A program made the position numbers and the translations under genes. Below the pieces are notes generated by a model, which saw only the letters and a list, made by a program, of their open reading frames with translations, was not told the origin of the DNA and did no database searches. Shown in pieces: positions 57,827 through 64,000 of a stretch of DNA of 64,000 bases (positions within the stretch are counted from its first letter, which is position 1; every line of letters begins with the position of its first letter). The DNA comes from Chrysomallon squamiferum (lineage: Eukaryota; Animalia; Mollusca), in NCBI GenBank assembly GCA_012295275.1, contig CM022668.1:15624001-15688000 (forward strand), written 5' to 3'.

Positions 57827-58002
57827 AGGAGAAGACATCGAGTCAGAGGCAAAGTCGCCGAAGGACAATGAACCGTTGTTAGTGCTGAAGAAACTCGGAC
57901 CTGACTCATATGAAATCACCGTCAGGACTCTGGAGTTGGCGGAATCAGTCCTGCACAGTGCAGGGGATAAGAAAATGGCTGAGCTGAGGGCTTGTTTGGA
58001 AG
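57827..58002 (+). CDS. ODAD2: ARMC4/ODAD2 coding exon 2 (GEDIESEAKSPKDNEPLL...ELRACLE)
   Basis: Pyrimidine tract and tctcAG acceptor at 57825-57826, donor GTGAAC at 58003. Phases 2/1 fit both neighbouring exons. Confidence 0.92.
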
Positions 58003-58483
58003 GTGAACAATTAAATTAATTCATGTCAAAGTAAGCTAAGAACTAACACTAGTAATAAACAAGATCAAATCCAAAGTCCTAATCGTAGTGTCCTTTTCCA
58101 TACCCTCTGTTTTGGTAAACTAACATTCTAACACTGACTTGATAGATAATATATTTCTGGATTATATGCTCAAGAACAGTGTCTTTCAATCTTAATCAGT
58201 GTCAGCATATTTCAAATTACTCTACAATATCTTTAGTAACAATTTTGGACTTTCCCTATATATATATTGACCAATCACAATCCTGTAAATGATAGCAGAA
58301 ATTTTGGGTATAACATTTTCATCAAACCAATATGATGCCACCCATCATCTACAGCAGTTCTAAAATTTGATGTTGATGGTGATGCATAATTCAGTAAACA
58401 GTCAGTAAGACCTGCAGTGGCATATCGTAAGCTAATTGATTTTTGTATCTCTCAGTATCAATACATTTTGTTTTGTCTTTCAG

Positions 58484-58742
58484 CCAATCGGGACCCTGTC
58501 GTCAACATGCTGGGAGAGAGGTTTGCCACAGTGTCAGGGGATGACAACTCTATCTTCCGCTACATTGAGGAAATCACCAAGGAGATCGAGACGAATGCAA
58601 AGGCTAGCGCCAAGGCAGAGACCGAAGGTGAAGAAGCAGCGGAAAGCGATGTTGCAGAGAAGAAAACCATACTCCGACTTCGACTGCAGCTCCTGCAGCT
58701 TGATGAGAAGCTTCTTAACATCAGCATTCAGAAAATATCCAG
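58484..58742 (+). CDS. ODAD2: ARMC4/ODAD2 coding exon 3 (ANRDPVVNMLG...QLDEKLLNISIQKIS)
   Basis: ttttgtctttcAG acceptor at 58482-58483, donor GTCTGT at 58743. Conserved ANRDP and QLD..LLN.S motifs. Confidence 0.93.
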
Positions 58743-59342
58743 GTCTGTGTAATATTAGTTTGAGTTAACCTTTGATTTATACCGTAACAGAAAGATACAG
58801 CAGACATTAGAGAGAGAGAAAATATATATATATATATATTAAAGATTAATACATATTTAGGACACCTCTACTCTCAAACATCAGATTCCTTATATAAGAA
58901 TAAGTACCTATTTGAATATAAATGTATATTATGTCATTGGAAGAATAATTTCATAATCAAAACTTTGTTAATGTTGACTTTATAAAAATGATTACAGATG
59001 AATAATTAGCACTGAAAAAAGTGAATCTGTTTTTGAAAAACTGGAAGACAGGGATTTAAGGATTTGTGTTTAGGGATAGGTGGGTCATGACAGAAAGTGT
59101 AGTAGTTTATTTTTCATATGAAAGAATAAAAAATTTATTTTTTTAAAAATTAAAAAATTATAATAACAAAACAAATTTAAATTAAAAATATGTTTAAAAT
59201 TTCTTTTATACTTCTTACCTGAATACAAACAAAAATGATCAAAATAGGAAAAAAAAAAAAAAACAAATTCCACCTTGTAATATATTAATTAAATTTCATA
59301 GATTGAAAAAAGAAATTAAAAACAAGAAAAAAAAAGAAAATG

Positions 59343-59492
59343 AAAATATTACTGTTATCAAGCTATCTTAAGTTGATTAACACATCCATTCCACATCTCT
59401 AAATCTTGGAATTCAGGGGAGAAAAAAAAAAAAAACAAGCTCATATGTTACAGTTAAAATTTCAAACAGACTAAAACATTAAAAGAATAAAT

Positions 59493-59524
<32 letters not shown>

Positions 59525-59583
59525 AATATTACTGCTATCAACTGTCTTGTGCTGACTACTGTATCCATTCCACATCTCTGAAT
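59343..59583. repeat. Diverged ~60-bp direct repeat, about 180 bp apart
   Basis: AAAATATTACTG.TATCAA...ATCCATTCCACATCTCT near 59343 and 59523. Confidence 0.75.
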
Positions 59584-60061
59584 GTCGTATTGTGTGCAGA
59601 GAATCAATTAGGCCTCTTGTGTGACGACTCCGCCATTTGTTTTTTCAATACGAACGTGATACGTTTTGAAGAGGCAATTACGGCATGTGTTTTACAGCAA
59701 GACTCGCGCACAAATAAACTTTTCTCAGAGATTTTTGCAAGTGGCACATGCATACCAGTTGTGTGCACAGGGTATCGCACGGTTTCGAACGCATCCTAGG
59801 AATCTGCAGCACTTCTGCAATTCGAGGCTGTGTGAATATTTTTTATTTTTTTTTTTTTTTTTTAATATTATTATTTGTGCACAGGATTCATTTTCTAGGT
59901 GGCTGATAGATCAACATCTGTTTTGTCTGCAGTGAGAGATCTTTGCCAGGGGTGGGGTGGGGTAGAGAACAGGGTGGGGTCGAGAACAGGGTGGGGGTTG
60001 TCACTGGAAGTGAGGGTAATGCAAGGTAGATCAGTTCATTGTTGTTATGTGTAAGGTTGTT

Positions 60062-60930
60062 AAGTGTAGTGAGTTTGGGTGATTTTTGTTGTTTAGTGTA
60101 GTGATTAGTGAGTATGGGTGATTTTGTTGTTTAGTGTAGTGAGTATGGGTGATTTTGTTGTTTAGTGTAGTGATTTTGTTGTTTAATGTAGTGAGTATGG
60201 GTGATTTTGTTGTTTAGTGTAGTGATTAGTGAGTATGGGTGATTTTGTTGTTTAATGTAGTGATAAGTGAGTATGGGTGATTTTTGTTGTTTAGTGTAGT
60301 GAGTATGGGTGATTTTGTTGTTTAGTGTAGTGATTAGTGAGTATGGGTGATTTTGTTGTTTAATGTAGTGATTAGTGAGTATGGGTGATTTTGTTGTTAG
60401 TGTAGTGAGTATGGGTGCTTTTGTTTAGTGTAGTGAGTATGGGTGGTTTTGTTTTGTGTAGTGAGTATGGGTGATTTTGTTGTTTAGTGTAGTGAGTATG
60501 GGTGATTTTGTTGTTTAGTGTAGTGAGTATGGGTGATTTTGTTGTTTAATGTAGTGAGTATGGGTGATTTTGTTGTTTAGTGTAGTGATTAGTGAGTATG
60601 GGTGATTTTGTTGTTTAATGTAGTGATAAGTGAGTATGGGTGATTTTTGTTGTTTAGTGTAGTGAGTATGGGTGATTTTGTTGTTTAGTGTAGTGAGTAT
60701 GGGTGATTTTTGTTGTTTAATGTAGTGATAAGTGAGTATGGGTGATTTTGTTGTTAGTGTAGTGAGTATGGGTGATTTTGTTGTTTAGTGTAGTGAGTAT
60801 GGTGGTTTTGTTTTGTGTAGTATGGGTGATTTTGTTGTTAAATGTAGTGAGTATGGGTGATTTTGTTGTTAAATATAGTGATTATGGGTGATTTTGTTTT
60901 TTAGTGTAGTAAGCATGGGTGATTTTTGCT
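60062..60930. repeat. 31/38-bp minisatellite in an ODAD2 intron
   Basis: Unit GTGAGTATGGGTGATTTTGTTGTTTAGTGTA with an optional 7-bp GTGATTA/GTGATAA insert, roughly 25 copies. Confidence 0.95.
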
Positions 60931-61558
60931 GTCAATATAGCTAAAAATACACATTCAATCATTTGCCTAGTTTCATTTCTAAAAATCCTGAGTTAAAAAA
61001 ACACAAAATTAAAAACAGCAACATCACATTTAGTAACATATTTAATTTCTAATAACTGTTAATTTTTAGCATTAATTTATATATTCTCGTAAATGTAGTG
61101 GATCAGACCATTCTAACTTCGTAAAACATGATCTTTGTTCTAGCTGTTACCCAGACACAACAAATCTGTCGATTTTCTTTTTATTTGTACAAAACACACA
61201 CCCCACCCTTTCCTCCCCCCTGGACCACTCCTGAACTGTTTTGATATCAGCAGAGAAATTGGATTAGTTATCAAAACAATCCGTGCCTATCGTTTTACCT
61301 ACACTGTCGTCATACAAATGCTGTTGGGAAATTCTTTAAGAATCTCAGCCTTTAGCCAAAGAGAATGAAAACAAGAATCATACAGGCAGAACTGGCCTGT
61401 TATTAATATGCTCCTGACCCACTGAACAAAAAAGTTGTATGGGAATATGTCATATTTTCATATTTCTGTTGTTGCTTCAGCTTTTTATGTATTATTATGA
61501 TTGTGTGGGTTTTTTTTCTATGTTTCTCTTTTTCATTTCTAAGTTAGAAAGGTTTAGC

Positions 61559-61611
<53 letters not shown>

Positions 61612-62176
61612 TCATTTTTAAATGAATAAAAACAAAATATAATTTTTTAATTTTTGGTGTAGTCAGAATTAAAATGCTCCCATTAATAAAATGTTCTTGT
61701 TGATATTTTTGCCATTGTATGTGCTGATGTTGTTAATATTATTATTTAAGTAATTCTGTGTATATCATAAAATTTCTTTCAGTCTTTAGGTTTGTCTGTC
61801 TGTATAGCAGTCATTCTGATACCTCTGCAACAATAATGATAGTGATAGAAAATATATTTTTTTAACATCCCGTTATCTGGGATTCTTAATATATATAAAT
61901 TTTTGTTTTATTATTATTATTATTATGATTATTTTTTTTTTATTATTCATTCATCCATTCATTCAATCATTCATTCATCTTTTCTTTTTCATTTTTCCTT
62001 TTTTTGCCTGCATTTTAATTTTTAGTTTATACTAATTTTGAATTATGTATTTATATATATATATATATATTTATATATTTTTTTTACAACATGCTAATTT
62101 GTAATAGGTGTTATGTTACTTTTTTTTCTTATTATTATATTATATATAACTACTTTTTTTTTTCTTTTTTTTCCAG

Positions 62177-62283
62177 TGAAGTTCGACTCACCCCACAAAT
62201 GATTGATGGGGAGGTGGCCATTTTGAAAGACTTGTCTGGGGAAGATAATGAAAAGAATGTTCTGGAATTTATTGATTACTATG
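62177..62283 (+). CDS. ODAD2: ARMC4/ODAD2 coding exon 4 (EVRLTPQMIDGEVAILKDLSGEDNEKNVLEFIDYY)
   Basis: Long poly-T tract and ccAG acceptor at 62175-62176, donor GTATGT at 62284. Phases 2/1. Confidence 0.92.
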
Positions 62284-62564
62284 GTATGTGACATGTTTTT
62301 CAACGTACATTTCTCAATGTGTGTGGTATGTGGTGTCACGTGATGGTAAAATAAAGTTAAGAGTGTATTCCTGCTAATGGGCATAATATAACAGCTTTGC
62401 TTCAGATGAGTAATATATTATGTCTACAAATGAAAAAAAAAATTCTTTGACATAAAAATAATAATTGAATAAAAAAAGTTAATCTATTAAATTAATAAAG
62501 TTTTGGACTGTTAAGCTTTGTATTTAAAAAAGTTCCAGCCTCATTGGTATGAGTTTTCTACAGT

Positions 62565-62760
62565 GTCCAAAGTTTTGACGTCCTCTGTTCCTCAAATGAC
62601 CACTGTAATGGTCAAGATTTTGATTTCTTCTGTACCTCAAATGACCACTGTAATGGTCAAGATTTTGACTTCTTCTGTACCTGAAATGACCATTATACTG
62701 GTCAAGATTTTGATTTCTTCTCTACCCGAAGTGATCACTAGATTGGTCAAGATTGTGACC
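62565..62760. repeat. 45-bp tandem repeat, about 4 copies, intronic
   Basis: Unit GTCAAGATTTTGATTTCTTCTGTACCTCAAATGACCACTGTAATG. It produces the spurious repetitive ORF 62518..62787. Confidence 0.9.
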
Positions 62761-62884
62761 TATTATAAATATTATTATTATTATTAAAAAACTGTAATCT
62801 TTTCGCTTCATGTTTCACATCACTTTTCTGACTATACTGTGTAGTGTCCTGTGTATCGCATTCATATTTATCTTTTATTCGCAG

Positions 62885-63030
62885 GTGACACCTTCGTCTT
62901 CAAAAATGGTTGCCGTGCACAACCAACACGACAGCTGCATGGTGACATCTGCTACCTCGAAGTGAAGCCACTCGACAGTGACGCCATTCTGTACATCACA
63001 GCTAACACTAGCGGCTATTACCTGAACAAG
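62885..63030 (+). CDS. ODAD2: ARMC4/ODAD2 coding exon 5 (GDTFVFKNGCRAQPTRQLHGDICYLEVKP...GYYLNK)
   Basis: gcAG acceptor at 62883-62884, donor GTAAGA at 63031. Strongly conserved NGCRA.P.RQ..G.ICY motif. Confidence 0.94.
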
Positions 63031-63184
63031 GTAAGACTGGCTTCTACTTACTGCAGACGTCATTTAAAGCCTTTTGTTATTGTTATTGTCGTTATTTTTA
63101 TCCTTTTGTATTGTTGTTGTTGTTGTTGTTTTTGTTGTTGTTGTTGTTGTTGTTGTCCTTACATAGTGTTGTTGTATTTATTGC

Positions 63185-63215
<31 letters not shown>

Positions 63216-63279
63216 GTTATTATTATTAATATTGCTATTATTATCATTGTTATTATTATTATTGTTGTTATTGTTCTTA

Positions 63280-63332
<53 letters not shown>

Positions 63333-63552
63333 ATGTTGTTGTTGTTATCACCATCATCATCAAAATTTTCATCATTATCATCAGTACTGTTTGGTTTTAA
63401 TTTAAATTATATTCAACATAATGAGATAGCAAGTCACATGCATTAAATTGTTCACAATCATACATGCAAAAAATATACACTACATATATGATAAATAGTT
63501 TAAAATTATTCCTTTATTATGTGTGTGAGCAAGTATGTATTTATATATATAA

Positions 63553-63601
<49 letters not shown>

Positions 63602-63698
63602 TACCTGCATAGGTAGATGTATTACTATATCTTTTATGATAAATATTTCAGTTTTACATTTTGAATTAATGGGTTTTTTTTAAACTTTGATCTTCCAG

Positions 63699-63821
63699 GG
63701 CCCAAAGGATGACAAGAAAGGAGAACTGGATTATGAGCGAGTTGATCAGGAAACTTTTCGAGATCTGGTCACCCTCCTGAAAACCCGAAGTCCAAGATTT
63801 GGCGAAATGATTGACAAGCAA
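63699..63821 (+). CDS. ODAD2: ARMC4/ODAD2 coding exon 6 (GPKDDKKGELDYERVDQETFRDLVTLLKTRSPRFGEMIDKQ); not in the ORF track
   Basis: tcttccAG acceptor at 63697-63698, 123 nt open in phase 0, donor GTACGT at 63822. Matches recalled human [29 protein letters not shown]. Confidence 0.92.
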
Positions 63822-64000
63822 GTACGTCACCTTGTTACAACAGTGACACAGTTTTAAATAATCTTCACGTTTTCTACGTAACTTTATACGCAAAAATTTG
63901 GTATCTGATATGTGCAGTTGAGTTGATTTGTTATTTTTCCTTTTATAAAACATTGATGAAGTTTACTTAATTTTATAAAGAAACAAACATTGTGTGTGTG

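Larger units (their letters stand above)
55870..63821 (+). other. ODAD2: ARMC4/ODAD2 gene, 5' portion (continues beyond the window)
   Basis: join(57030..57259,57827..58002,58484..58742,62177..62283,62885..63030,63699..63821) = 1041 nt, open throughout. Intron phases 2,1,2,1,0,0, all GT-AG. The translation matches the ARMC4 N-terminus as I recall it (MGxAL..QWT..G.G.LE.TP.NE; ANRDP; F.NGCRA.P.RQ..G.ICY..VKP.D; L..LL...SP.F). ARM repeats are expected downstream, outside the window. Confidence 0.93.

Noticed and set aside
59590-59830. Possible extra ODAD2 exon or transposon fragment in the long intron
   Set aside because: The flanking exons already join in frame and match the recalled orthologue without a gap. 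No clear terminal repeats or target-site duplication.
60160-60185. TAGTGATTTTGTTGTT matches the 3' part of miR-7
   Set aside because: It lies inside a minisatellite, and lacks the TGGAAGAC seed end and a hairpin partner.

Overview
Eukaryotic (animal, most likely invertebrate) AT-rich genomic DNA, dense in microsatellites. Almost all ORFs in the supplied track are translations of simple repeats. The only protein-coding gene I can identify confidently is the 5' part of ARMC4/ODAD2 (outer dynein arm docking complex subunit) on the + strand. It has a probable non-coding exon 1 ending at 56012 and six coding exons, 57030-63821 (1041 nt, 347 codons, all GT-AG and phase-consistent), and it continues past the window end. 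Its promoter carries RFX-type half-sites, as expected for a motile-cilia gene. The first ~55 kb has no recognisable protein domain. It consists of short CpG-containing unique islands between repeat tracts, with at least 17 perfect CRE palindromes (TGACGTCA), six TCACGTGA E-boxes, a CArG/CRE module and several promoter-like islands. Several islands are followed on the - strand by splice donors, and there are candidate small internal exons. My best inference is the multi-promoter, cAMP/activity-responsive 5' regulatory region of a - strand gene whose main coding exons lie left of the window. That model is unverified. I found no tRNA, rRNA, CRISPR array or coding transposon.
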